The notes beneath the pieces are model-generated. The model was not told the origin of the DNA and searched no databases. It saw nothing but the letters and a program-made list of their open reading frames with translations. A stretch of 45,963 nucleotides of DNA from Armatimonadota bacterium. Its GTDB lineage: Bacteria; Armatimonadota; Fimbriimonadia; Fimbriimonadales; GBS-DC. Of this stretch, positions 1 through 8,595 are shown piece by piece. The DNA is taken from the NCBI GenBank assembly GCA_037442385.1, contig JBBIQJ010000002.1, positions 1 through 45,963 of the forward strand, written 5' to 3'. The position numbers and the translations under genes are program-made. Within the stretch, counting starts at the first letter, position 1; every line of letters begins with the position of its first letter.

Positions 1-33
1 AACCGAAACCGAGTTCTGGGAACACCTCGCGCT

Positions 34-70
34 GTTTCAATCCACACCCGCCCTTGGGGGCGGGTGCAAC
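34..70 (-). CRISPR. Single CRISPR-type 37-nt direct repeat at the window edge; nt 1-33 would be the adjoining truncated spacer
   Basis: The minus strand reads GTTGCACCCGCCCCCAAGGGCGGGTGTGGATTGAAAC. It is 37 nt with a 5' GTTGCA, an internal 9-bp palindrome (CACCCGCCC/GGGCGGGTG) and a 3' ATTGAAAC, the 8-nt crRNA handle typical of many type I/III repeats. Only one copy lies inside the window, so periodicity cannot be shown. Confidence 0.45.
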
Positions 71-176
71 GGTAGAGCTACGCACAAATTTTACCCTCTC
101 CGGACGGCGTTTGTCGCCAGGTGGCGGTTTCGGGCGAGCGATTTGAACTCACCCGTTTGCGCGTACCTCCTGCATA

Positions 177-186
177 ATTATACCCC
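177..186 (-). promoter_or_regulatory. Candidate -10 element (GGGGTATAAT on minus strand) directed toward the CRISPR repeat; nt 71-170 would be the leader
   Basis: The plus strand reads attatacccc. The same GGG-TATAAT motif precedes many genes in this window. It sits about 100 nt upstream of the repeat, in the orientation expected for a repeat ending in ATTGAAAC. Confidence 0.3.
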
Positions 187-337
187 ACTAGGGGTACGCG
201 CAGGGTATTTAGTGTGGCTAAATAATCGGGGGCGTCATTCGCGCAGAGCTGAGGGGTCCTGAGGGGGAGCAGGGGCAAGCGCGGCGAAAAGATAGCGCAT
301 GCGCTTTCGAGGCAGAAGAAGTATAATTTAGTGCGAG

Positions 338-1567
338 GTGATCCAAATGGCTTGTACGAAAGGGCTTTCCAAGCGAAGCGCGATGTATGTAGCGGTTGTG
401 GGAATGTGTCTCTCTACCTGTGCAGCTAGCCTCCCAGCGCAACAGCTCACATGGCTGGGCACCCTGGGCGGCAGCTACAGCGCTGCCGAAGCCATCTCTG
501 CAGACGGCTCTACCGTTGTGGGCTGGTCGTGGACAACCTCTGGGTATTCTTCCCATGCATTTCGCTGGAATCGGTTCACCTTGATAATGCAAGACCTCGG
601 AACCTTAGGAGGCGACTACAGCTGGGCTTATGGCGTTTCTGCAGATGGCTCAGTGGTCGTGGGGTGGTCCCCGCCTCTGAATAGTTCCCAGCATGCGTTT
701 CGCTGACAAAACGGCGTGATGACCAATCTGGGTACCTTGGGGGGCTATGCCAGCCAGGCTTACGCCGTGTCTGCGGATGGTTCCGTGGTGGTTGGGACTT
801 CTGTAACGGCACAGGGCAGTTCCAGGGCGTTCCGTTGGATTGAAGGTACAGGAATGGAAGATTTGGGAACGCTCCCCGATGGTACTTACAGTGTCGCGCG
901 CGGCATTTCTGCAGACGGAAGCGTGATTGCGGGTGTGTCTACAAACGCTGGTGGGAACTACCGCGCGTTCCGCTGGACCGAGAACGAAGGCATGCAAGAT
1001 CTGGGCACGCTGGGAGGTAACGAGAGCAGCGCCACTGCTGTTTCTGCGGACGGCACGGTGGTGGTCGGGTTCTCACGCAACCCCGCAGGAGCTTTTCGGG
1101 CTGTTCGCTGGACTCAGGACGGCATCGAAGATCTGGGTGCCGGGGAAGCCTACGCGGTCTCGGCAGATGGTTCCGTCATCGTCGGTCAATCTAATAGTCG
1201 AGCGTTCCGCTGGACCCCCACTAGGGGCTGGGAAGATCTGAATGTAGTCTACGCGCAGCTCCTGGGCGGCTCCGTGTTGAATAGAGCCACGGGCGTGAGC
1301 GCGGACGGGCGCTACATCGTCGGTCAGGGTTATAACGCCGCGACTGGGCGCTTCGAGGCTTTCCTGCTCGACACGGGACCATCCTGCTTATCGCATCAGG
1401 GCGATGTGAATGAGGATGGCTGCGTAGACGACGCGGACCTGCTCGTAGTTCTGTTTGCCTTCGGGCAGAGCGGTTCTGCACTGGGGCGCGAGGATGTCAA
1501 CTGCGATAGCGTGGTGGACGACGCCGACCTGTTGGTTGTGCTGTTCCATTTTGGCACAGGGTGCTAG
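338..1567 (+). pseudogene. HAF-repeat secreted protein with C-terminal double dockerin-like module, interrupted by an in-frame TGA at 704-706
   Basis: The N-terminus is signal-peptide-like (MACTKGLSKRSAMYVAVVGMCLSTCAASLPA). About 8 tandem HAF-type repeats follow (GTLGG..A.G[VI]SADGSVVVG.S...[HR]AFRW). ORFs 338-706 and 716-1567 share one frame and are separated only by a TGA at the consensus Trp position (HAFR*QNGVMTNLGTLGG). TATAAT lies at 322-327. Confidence 0.75.
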
Positions 1568-2850
1568 CTTCCTGACGCTGCCTCATCCCCCAGCGGGGGA
1601 GAGGCAGCCGCGACTGCTTCCATCAACGCCTTGAGACCCTCAAAACACCGCATTCCCCCTTGAAGCAGCTGGCTCCAGAGGGTGGTCGCCTGCCCATCCG
1701 TGTAGTCTCGCTCTTCGAAGGGGCGCTCGCAGAGGGCGTACACGGGCACACCCGCCCGCTGCGCCTGCAACGCCACCTCCAGATTGCGCAGGTTGCCGTA
1801 CCCGAACGGCACATCGGCAATCACCACCGCCTGAGCGCCGCACGCCATCTGGCATGCCCGCTGAAAGCTCTGCTCCGAGATGGGCGAGAACGCCGGCTCG
1901 GTGAGATGCTCCAGCTGGAGGGCGCGGGCAATCTCTTCATCCGTATCTAGCAGGTTCAACACGCCTGTGCAGACGCGCCAGCCCTGCTCCAGAAGCGCAT
2001 AGTAGAGTTCAGCGCCAGTGCCCCCGCCCGCAATCACGAACGCCCTTGGCGCGTTCGGTTCCAGCGTGAAATGCGTCTGGGGCGTCAGCGCAAACACCAG
2101 CGGCTTGCCCGTGAGTGGGTTGCGTCGCACCAGGGTGGGCGTGTGGTAGACCGACTCCAGAATCGCGGGTTCGAACACGGCGTCGGGAGCGCCGTATGCC
2201 ACAATCTGCCCCTCGCTCATCAACGCCACATGGTCGGCGTACTCGCTGGCGAGGTTCAGGTCGTGAAGCACCACCAGCACCCCCTTGCGCTGCTCCAACG
2301 CATACTGGCGAAGCGCGTGCAGAATCTGCACCTGGTGGCGCAGGTCTAAGTGGGCGGTGGGTTCGTCCAGCAGCAGGTAACTGGCTTGCTGGGCGAGGGC
2401 GCGGGCGAGATGGATTCGCTGGCGTTCGCCACCGCTGAGCGCGCCCACACGGCGTGTGGCGAGATGTGCGATTCCCGCAAACTCCATCGCCCGGTGGACG
2501 GCTTCCCAGTCGCGCGGACTGACGCCCCAGAACCCTTTCTGGTGGGGGTAGCGTCCCATCATCACCAGTTCGGCGACGGTAAAGCCCATATCGGGCGGCG
2601 ACTCCTGAGGCGCGTAAGCCACTTGCTGAGCGAAGCGCGCCGGGGGAATCTGCTCAAAGGGGTGTCCGTCCAGTAGGCACTGCCCGGAGTGGGGTCGCAG
2701 CACCCGCGCCAGCACGCGCACGAGGGTGGTTTTACCGCTGCCGTTGGGTCCAATCAGAGCCACGAGCGTGCCGCGCTCGATGGCGAGCGAAACTTTCCGC
2801 AGGATGGGGCGTTCGCCGTAGCCCGCTTCCACATGGATTGCCTGGAGCAT
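1564..2850 (-). CDS. ABC transporter ATP-binding protein (FepC/FecE/BtuD-like) with an extra ~170-aa C-terminal domain
   Basis: It carries Walker A GPNGSGKTT, signature LSGGERQR, Walker B LLLDEPTAHLD and H-loop VLHDLN. Residues ~256-428 (RAFVIAGGGTGAELYY...) have no ABC counterpart. Its start shares one nt with the trkA stop (TGATG). Confidence 0.85.
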   Translation of the reverse strand: MLQAIHVEAGYGERPILRKVSLAIERGTLVALIGPNGSGKTTLVRVLARVLRPHSGQCLLDGHPFEQIPPARFAQQVAYAPQESPPDMGFTVAELVMMGRYPHQKGFWGVSPRDWEAVHRAMEFAGIAHLATRRVGALSGGERQRIHLARALAQQASYLLLDEPTAHLDLRHQVQILHALRQYALEQRKGVLVVLHDLNLASEYADHVALMSEGQIVAYGAPDAVFEPAILESVYHTPTLVRRNPLTGKPLVFALTPQTHFTLEPNAPRAFVIAGGGTGAELYYALLEQGWRVCTGVLNLLDTDEEIARALQLEHLTEPAFSPISEQSFQRACQMACGAQAVVIADVPFGYGNLRNLEVALQAQRAGVPVYALCERPFEERDYTDGQATTLWSQLLQGGMRCFEGLKALMEAVAAASPPLGDEAASGS

Positions 2851-3515
2851 CAGCGTGCGGCGCCACGAAAGAGGCGAGCCAGCTGCTTCACATGCTCGGC
2901 AGGGGTCAGCGCCACAATCGTGTCGCCCGGTTGCAGGATTAGATTCGCCAGCCCCAGCGCCAGCTGCCCGTTGCGCACCACCACCGAGAGCAGGGTTTTG
3001 GGCGGCAACTCCAGTTCGCCGATACTTTTGCCCGCCACCTTCGATTCGGGCGTCACCTCAATCTCTACCACCTCAATCTCTCCCCGCATAATCGCGCCGA
3101 TAGGCAGTACCTCGCCATACTCCACTTCCTGCTCCAGAATATTGAAGATGAATCGCGTGCTACAGATGGTTTCGTGGATGCCGAGTCGGAAGAAGAGGGC
3201 TTCGTGGCGAGGGTCGCGCACGACTGCCAGCACGCGCTTAACTTTGAAAAAGTTCTGCGCAATCTGGCAGATGATGAGGTTGTCTTCGTCGTCGCCAGTG
3301 GCGGCGACCACCACATCGGCGCGTCGAGCGCCCGCTTCGTTCAGCACACGCACCTCGCAGGCGTCGCCATACATCACGCGCTCGCCCATCTCGTCCATCA
3401 GTTCCGCGGCGCGTCGGCGGTTTTTCTCGATCACCAGCACTTCATACCCATGTTGGTGAAGCGCCTTGCCCAGGTGATAGCCAATATCGCCTCCGCCAGC
3501 AATCAGCACATACAT
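2850..3515 (-). CDS. trkA: TrkA/KtrA-type K+ transport regulatory protein (RCK N + C domains)
   Basis: It has an N-terminal Rossmann motif (MYVLIAGGGDIGYHLGKAL), a DACEVRVLNEAG..ADVVVAATGDDEDN pattern and a TrkA-C-like C-terminal half. Confidence 0.8.
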   Translation of the reverse strand: MYVLIAGGGDIGYHLGKALHQHGYEVLVIEKNRRRAAELMDEMGERVMYGDACEVRVLNEAGARRADVVVAATGDDEDNLIICQIAQNFFKVKRVLAVVRDPRHEALFFRLGIHETICSTRFIFNILEQEVEYGEVLPIGAIMRGEIEVVEIEVTPESKVAGKSIGELELPPKTLLSVVVRNGQLALGLANLILQPGDTIVALTPAEHVKQLARLFRGAAR

Positions 3516-3521
3516 CGGGTT

Positions 3522-4346
3522 TTACCTCCGTGCCAATTCGTTGAGTTGCGCCACCCATTCCTTCAGGGGCGTCAACAGGTTATAGGCAGTGAAATCCAGG
3601 TGAACGGGAGTGATCGACACATAGCCGTGTGCGACGGCGTAGACATCGGTGCCTGGCTGGTCGCGGTCTTCGACCAGGCTGCCGCTGAGCCAATAGTAGG
3701 GTCTGCCCGCAGGGTCCACGCGGGTTTCGATGCGATCGGCGTACTGGCGTTTGCCGAGCGCGGTCGCCTGGAAGCCGCGAATGGCGTTCCAGGGCAGGTT
3801 CGGCACATTCACATTCAGGAAAGTGTGTGGGGGTAGCGGATGCTCCGTCAGCAGTGAGGCAATCTGCACCGCCGCCCGTCCTGCGGTTTCGTAATGCAGA
3901 ACGGGTGGCTCGGCGGGCGCCTCGTCCCCTGAGCGCGCGAGGGGCAGCGCTTCTTCCGCCGCAAGCGAAATCGCGAAAGCGTTCACTCCATGCACCGCGC
4001 CCTCAATCGCGGCGGCTACCGTGCCAGAATAAGTCAAATCCCAGCCCAGGTTCGGACCCGCGTTGATGCCCGACACCACCAGGTCTACCCGATGTTCCAT
4101 CACGGCGTGCGCACCCAGAGTGACGCAGTCGGTGGGCGTGCCGTTGGTGGCATAGGCAATCGTGCCATCCAGCAGATGCACGTGGTGCAGGCGGAGCGGT
4201 TTGTGGAGGGTGATGGAGTGTCCTGCGGCGCTTCGAGGGCGTTCGGGCGCGACCACAAACACCTCGCCCAGCGTGCGCAGATGCTGTGCCAGCACCCGAA
4301 TGCCCTCTGCGTAGACTCCGTCGTCGTTCGTGACCAGGATGCGCAT
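3522..4346 (-). CDS. surE: 5'/3'-nucleotidase SurE
   Basis: MRILVTNDDGVYAEGIRVL...VVAPERPRSAAGHSITL is the SurE N-terminal signature. The ATG at 4346 overlaps the sdhB stop (TGATG). Confidence 0.9.
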   Translation of the reverse strand: MRILVTNDDGVYAEGIRVLAQHLRTLGEVFVVAPERPRSAAGHSITLHKPLRLHHVHLLDGTIAYATNGTPTDCVTLGAHAVMEHRVDLVVSGINAGPNLGWDLTYSGTVAAAIEGAVHGVNAFAISLAAEEALPLARSGDEAPAEPPVLHYETAGRAAVQIASLLTEHPLPPHTFLNVNVPNLPWNAIRGFQATALGKRQYADRIETRVDPAGRPYYWLSGSLVEDRDQPGTDVYAVAHGYVSITPVHLDFTAYNLLTPLKEWVAQLNELARR

Positions 4347-5155
4347 CACTCTGCGCCCTCGCCCACAACCTTGTCAGGAATAATCCCCAACCACTTCTTG
4401 AGGCGATAGAGGGTGGTGTCGCGGTTCAACTCGGCAATCGCGCGGGTCAGCGGGATGCCTTTCGGGCAGACCTTCACGCAGTTCTGAGCGTTCCCACAGC
4501 CCGTGATGCCTTCGGGACCTGTCAGCACTTCCAGCCGCTCGTTCTCCAGCGTGCTGCCTGCTGGATGCAGATTGAACAGTCTGACCTGCGCTATGGGGGC
4601 AGGTCCAATAAAGGCGGAACGCTCGTTATACTGCGGGCACGCCTCCATGCAGCACCCACAGGTCATACAGCGGGCAAAGGCATAGCGCAGTTCGCGCACG
4701 CGGTCGTCAATGCGCGGACCCGGACCCAGGTCGTGATAACCGTCCACCGGGATCCACGCCTGAATCTTTTTGAGCGCTTCGAACATGCGCGAGCGATCCA
4801 CAATCAGGTCGCGCACCAGCGGGAACTTGCTCATCGGCTCTAAGGTGAGTTCTATCGCGTCGCCGCTGCGTGTGCCGACCTGATCAATCAGCGCGGCGCA
4901 CGCCTGCTGCACCATGCCATTGACCACCATCGTGCAGGTGCCGCATACCTGCTCCAGGCATGCGGCTTCCCATGCAGGGGGCGATACCTGCTTCCCCGTG
5001 CTATCCACAGGGTTGCGCTGGATGTCCATTAAGCAGGAAATCACATTCATATTGGGGCGATAAGGGAGTTCGAACACCTGCCAGTAGGGCTGGGCGTTCG
5101 GACCATCCTGACGCCGTATCTTGAGGCGAATGGTTCGGATAGAGCCGTTTTGCAT
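4346..5155 (-). CDS. sdhB: Succinate dehydrogenase/fumarate reductase iron-sulfur subunit
   Basis: There are three Cys clusters: CLEQVCGTC (2Fe-2S region), CMTCGCCMEACP (4Fe-4S) and CGNAQNCVKVCP (3Fe-4S). GGAGG sits at 5165-5169 upstream of the ATG. Confidence 0.88.
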   Translation of the reverse strand: MQNGSIRTIRLKIRRQDGPNAQPYWQVFELPYRPNMNVISCLMDIQRNPVDSTGKQVSPPAWEAACLEQVCGTCTMVVNGMVQQACAALIDQVGTRSGDAIELTLEPMSKFPLVRDLIVDRSRMFEALKKIQAWIPVDGYHDLGPGPRIDDRVRELRYAFARCMTCGCCMEACPQYNERSAFIGPAPIAQVRLFNLHPAGSTLENERLEVLTGPEGITGCGNAQNCVKVCPKGIPLTRAIAELNRDTTLYRLKKWLGIIPDKVVGEGAE

Positions 5156-5175
5156 GGCGATGAACCTCCATGCTG

Positions 5176-5184
5176 ATTATACCC
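5176..5184 (-). promoter_or_regulatory. -10 element GGGTATAAT for the sdhB operon
   Basis: The plus strand reads attataccc, 20 nt upstream of the sdhB ATG, with GGAGG in between. Confidence 0.45.
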
Positions 5185-5245
5185 TCTTGGTGGGTCATTG
5201 GGTTCGCCCCTTTAACTTTGGGGCGACAGTCTCAGGGTGTTTGTC

Positions 5246-5254
5246 GGGTATAAT
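5246..5254 (+). promoter_or_regulatory. -10 element GGGTATAAT for the divergent DUF697-like gene
   Basis: gggtataat lies 30 nt upstream of the ATG at 5285. Confidence 0.45.
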
Positions 5255-5284
5255 CTGCCATCACGCTTTGAGGGGGACAAAACG

Positions 5285-6109
5285 ATGGCGATCCGACAGA
5301 AGCTGAGCCAGCTGACCCACTGGTGGAACATTGTCAAAGAGCTGTCGCCGCGCCAGGTGGAGCAGGAGTTGCTGACCCCGTTTCGGATTGCGCTGGTGGG
5401 GCAACCGGAGCGCACGGAAGCCGTCTGGCGCGTGCTGACCGAGGGCGCAAGCCCCACGATGCTCCAGACCGCTGGCGAGTATGTGAAGCGATTGACCGCC
5501 CCCCCGAATGAAGAGTTTGACTTCATTCTGGCATGCGATGTGCTAGAAGTGCCACAAGATGCGGTGGAAGCGGTTGTGGATCACTTCCACAAGCACGAAT
5601 TCCCGTTGGTCGCCCTCGCGCGGGTGCTGCCGGGCACGCGCACGCTGGTGGTGAACCGCCTTATTGAGGATGTGGCGACTCTGAACGCCGGGCTGGCGAT
5701 GCTCTCGGCGGTACCGAGCGTTTTTCCGCTGCTGGGGCTGCTCGCGCCGCCGGCCGCGCTGGCAGATATCGTGGTGCTGACCAAGAACCAGCTGATGATG
5801 GTGTTGCGCGTCGCCGCGGCGTTCGGCAAAACGCCCGACTGGAAGCAGCGTCTGCCTGAGCTTTCTTCGGTGCTGGGCGCGGCGTTCGGATGGCGTGCGC
5901 TCGCGCGGCAGCTCGTAGGGCTGGTGCCAGGGGGGGTCGGGATGGTGGTCAAGGGCATGGTCGCTTACGCAGGCACGCTCACGGTGGGGCGCGCTGTCGC
6001 ATGGTTCTACGCTACAGGGCAGGCGCCGGGCAAGGCGGAACGCGCCCGGCTCTACCAGCAAGCATGGGAAGAGGCACGCGAAAAAAGCAAGGAATGGGGG
6101 CAACCTTAG
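5285..6109 (+). CDS. DUF697/YcjF-like domain protein (hypothetical)
   Basis: The C-terminal half (LADIVVLTKNQLMMVLRVAAAFGK...GAAFGWRALARQLVGLVPGGVGMVVKGMVAYAGTLTVGRAVAWFY) matches my memory of the DUF697 pattern. I chose the start at MAIRQK rather than the ORF-track 5237. Confidence 0.6.
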   Translation: MAIRQKLSQLTHWWNIVKELSPRQVEQELLTPFRIALVGQPERTEAVWRVLTEGASPTMLQTAGEYVKRLTAPPNEEFDFILACDVLEVPQDAVEAVVDHFHKHEFPLVALARVLPGTRTLVVNRLIEDVATLNAGLAMLSAVPSVFPLLGLLAPPAALADIVVLTKNQLMMVLRVAAAFGKTPDWKQRLPELSSVLGAAFGWRALARQLVGLVPGGVGMVVKGMVAYAGTLTVGRAVAWFYATGQAPGKAERARLYQQAWEEAREKSKEWGQP

Positions 6110-8559
6110 CACGGTTCGCGGCGCTGGCGCTGGCATGGGCGCTTAGTGGCTGGCATGCCACGGGACACGCGCCTTACAAACTTTCCCAGCTGCCCAGCGG
6201 TGTCCGCCTCGTGGTGGAGTCTGACCCCACCGCGCCGCTCGTGGCGATTGAAGTCTGGGTTCAGGCAGGCGTCGCCTGCGAAACGCCCGAAACTTCAGGC
6301 GTTGCCCACCTGCTGGAGCATCTGATTTTCAAAGGCACTGCCCACCACCCCCCAGGCGCGCTGGACAGGGTTTGCGAGGAGGCAGGGGGCATTCTCACAG
6401 CGACCACTGAACGCGACTGGGCGCGCTATTCGGTCAGCGTGTTGCCCGCGCACTGGCGCGATGTGCTGAAAACCCTGCTGGAACATCTGCATGCGCCTGC
6501 CATCCCGCCCGAAGAGCTGGAAAAAGAGCGCCAGATTATTTTGCAAGATGAGTACGCCCTGCACCACGCTGACCCTGTGCGCCCTGTGCGCTACCACATC
6601 TTTGAGCAGGCGTTTCCCGAACATCCCTACGGACTGCCGCTGCTGGGCCATCCTGAACGACTGCGCACCCTGAGCCGCGAGGCAGTCCTGGAGTTTCACC
6701 GCCGGCACTACCGCCCCGAGCGGATTGTGGTGGCGCTGGTGGGCAATCTTCAGGAGAGTGAGGCGCGTGCGGTCGTGGAGTCGGTCTGGGGACAGTCATC
6801 AGAAGGCAAGGCAGAGGCGAGCCTCCCTGTCGCTTTGCCCTGCCCCCCCAATCGCTTTCTCGAGGTCAACGGGGTGCTGGCGCGCTGTTTGCCTGCTCCC
6901 CCTGCCAGAGCCGCCGACGCGATGCTGGCGACCGAGATTTTGCGCCTCGTGCTGGCGGAGCCATATCTGGGGCTGCTCTATGCGGGCGAGCCGCCGAACC
7001 CATTCGGGCGCTGTGTGAGCGAATACTTGCCGCGCACAGAGTCGGGGCTGGTCTGTTTCTATTTCCTGCCGCCCGTAGAGTCCGATGAGAACTGGCAGGC
7101 GCGCGTGGTGGAGCGGTGGGCAGGGGCGCGAGAGCGCCTCAGGAGCCAGCAAGCGCGCCCGCTGATAGAGCAGGCGAAACAGTGGCTGATTCTGCGCCAC
7201 CGCCACGCGATGCGCAATCCCGCCGAGCGCGCGCGGCTGTACGCCCTCTACACCATGCTGAACCTACCCCATCTGCCTGCCGAATACGAAACGCGCGTGC
7301 GCCAGATAACGCCAGAGCAGGTGGAGGCGCTCGCCGAAAAACTTTTTCAAAGCGAACCGCCCCGCGACTGGAACCTGCCTTCCGGGAGCGAGCATGACAC
7401 ATCGCTTCAGCCTTCTCTGCCTTCACTCACCGCGCCCTCCAGGGTCGTGCGCCAGCGCTACGCGAATGGCTTGCGTGCGGTTGCCCTTCAGCAAGCCGAG
7501 CGCGAGACCGCGCTCATTCAGATTCTGATCCGCACCGACGCTTCTGACGCTTTCCCAGCAGGCACAGATGAGCTTACTGCCCGTATGCTGTTTACCACCA
7601 CGCGCAGCGAAACGCTCCAAACGATGGGCTACCGTATCGCGCTCTCAGGCGGCACGTTGCAGATTTTCTGGGAACCGAACCTGACGCGAGTCGTCGCCCA
7701 CGCGCGTCCGAACGCGCTGGGGAATGTGCTGTCCACCCTCGCCGAGGGGCTGGCGCGTTCCGAGTTCGAGGCGGAGCATTTCCAGCGGGCGGTACGGCAG
7801 GCGCTCTGGGAGCGACGCTGGTCGGATGGCACGCAGGAGTGGCGGCTCTATCAGCAGTTGAGCCAGTTTTATGCGGACGAGAACGCCCTGCGCCGTGTGT
7901 CTCTGGAGACAGTTCGCCGATTCTATCGCGCAATCTACCGCCCTGAGCGTGTGGTGGTGGTCGTGCTGGCGCCGCAAGCACCCGAAAGCGTGCTTGCGGA
8001 GATTGCCCGCTACCTGGGTAACGAATGGGGAGAGCCGGCACACTCGCGCTCCCGCTCGCCGCTGGAGCCGCCCACCCCGCGCCTGCAGATCGGCGCAATA
8101 GAATCGCAAGGTACGGTCTACGCAGGCTCCATGCAGACGCTACCCTGTGAGGGTGTGGAGCCGTACCTGCAGGCGCTGATACGCCACACGGCATTAAGCG
8201 AAGGCAAAGGTGCGCGCCTGTTTCGGGCATTCCGTGAAGAGCGGGGACGGGGCTACGGCGTTCGGGGACAGCTCGCTTTCACCGAAAAAGGCGCGATTCT
8301 GGGCGGCTTCGTGCAGTTCGGCTCCCTGACCTCGGATGAACGCAAAGCATTCACAGAGATACTTGACGTCCTCTGTACCGCGCCCCTCACGTCGGAAGAA
8401 ATCCGCCGCGCACGCGCCCTGCTGAAAGGGCAAGCCTATCGGAACCTGTATGATGGCGAGGAGTTCACGCGACGGCTCGGCACGGCGGAACTTTTCGGAT
8501 GGGGCTACGAGGTGGAAATGCGCCTGCCCGAAGCGCTCCCGAATCCAGAAAACCCCTAA
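6094..8559 (+). CDS. Double-length M16 (pitrilysin/insulinase) family zinc peptidase with signal peptide
   Basis: It has the HxxEH motif (GVAHLLEHLIFKGT). The start at MGATLARFAALALAWALSG is signal-like, with AAGGA upstream. About 822 aa corresponds to two M16 domain pairs. The ORF-track start at 5890 runs through the upstream gene. Confidence 0.85.
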   Translation: MGATLARFAALALAWALSGWHATGHAPYKLSQLPSGVRLVVESDPTAPLVAIEVWVQAGVACETPETSGVAHLLEHLIFKGTAHHPPGALDRVCEEAGGILTATTERDWARYSVSVLPAHWRDVLKTLLEHLHAPAIPPEELEKERQIILQDEYALHHADPVRPVRYHIFEQAFPEHPYGLPLLGHPERLRTLSREAVLEFHRRHYRPERIVVALVGNLQESEARAVVESVWGQSSEGKAEASLPVALPCPPNRFLEVNGVLARCLPAPPARAADAMLATEILRLVLAEPYLGLLYAGEPPNPFGRCVSEYLPRTESGLVCFYFLPPVESDENWQARVVERWAGARERLRSQQARPLIEQAKQWLILRHRHAMRNPAERARLYALYTMLNLPHLPAEYETRVRQITPEQVEALAEKLFQSEPPRDWNLPSGSEHDTSLQPSLPSLTAPSRVVRQRYANGLRAVALQQAERETALIQILIRTDASDAFPAGTDELTARMLFTTTRSETLQTMGYRIALSGGTLQIFWEPNLTRVVAHARPNALGNVLSTLAEGLARSEFEAEHFQRAVRQALWERRWSDGTQEWRLYQQLSQFYADENALRRVSLETVRRFYRAIYRPERVVVVVLAPQAPESVLAEIARYLGNEWGEPAHSRSRSPLEPPTPRLQIGAIESQGTVYAGSMQTLPCEGVEPYLQALIRHTALSEGKGARLFRAFREERGRGYGVRGQLAFTEKGAILGGFVQFGSLTSDERKAFTEILDVLCTAPLTSEEIRRARALLKGQAYRNLYDGEEFTRRLGTAELFGWGYEVEMRLPEALPNPENP

Positions 8560-8595
8560 ATCGGCTACAATTAGGGCTATGGACGCTCTCAAGGA

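Noticed and set aside
704-706. TGA in the HAF gene read as selenocysteine or as genome-wide TGA=Trp recoding.
   Set aside because: TGA terminates several well-defined genes here (sdhB, trkA, fadN, DedA, DUF4212). I saw no SECIS-like hairpin directly downstream. A nonsense mutation or a sequencing error is simpler.
5890-6093. The ORF-track N-terminal extensions of the M16 peptidase (5890) and, likewise, of the BtuF-like gene (21888), fadN (9980), prkA (36267), the dehydrogenase (31757) and the HD-GYP gene (12467).
   Set aside because: The extensions overlap upstream genes, terminators or promoters and are Arg/Gly-rich. Internal starts with a Shine-Dalgarno or a leaderless -10, and with signal peptides or family-typical N-termini, fit better.
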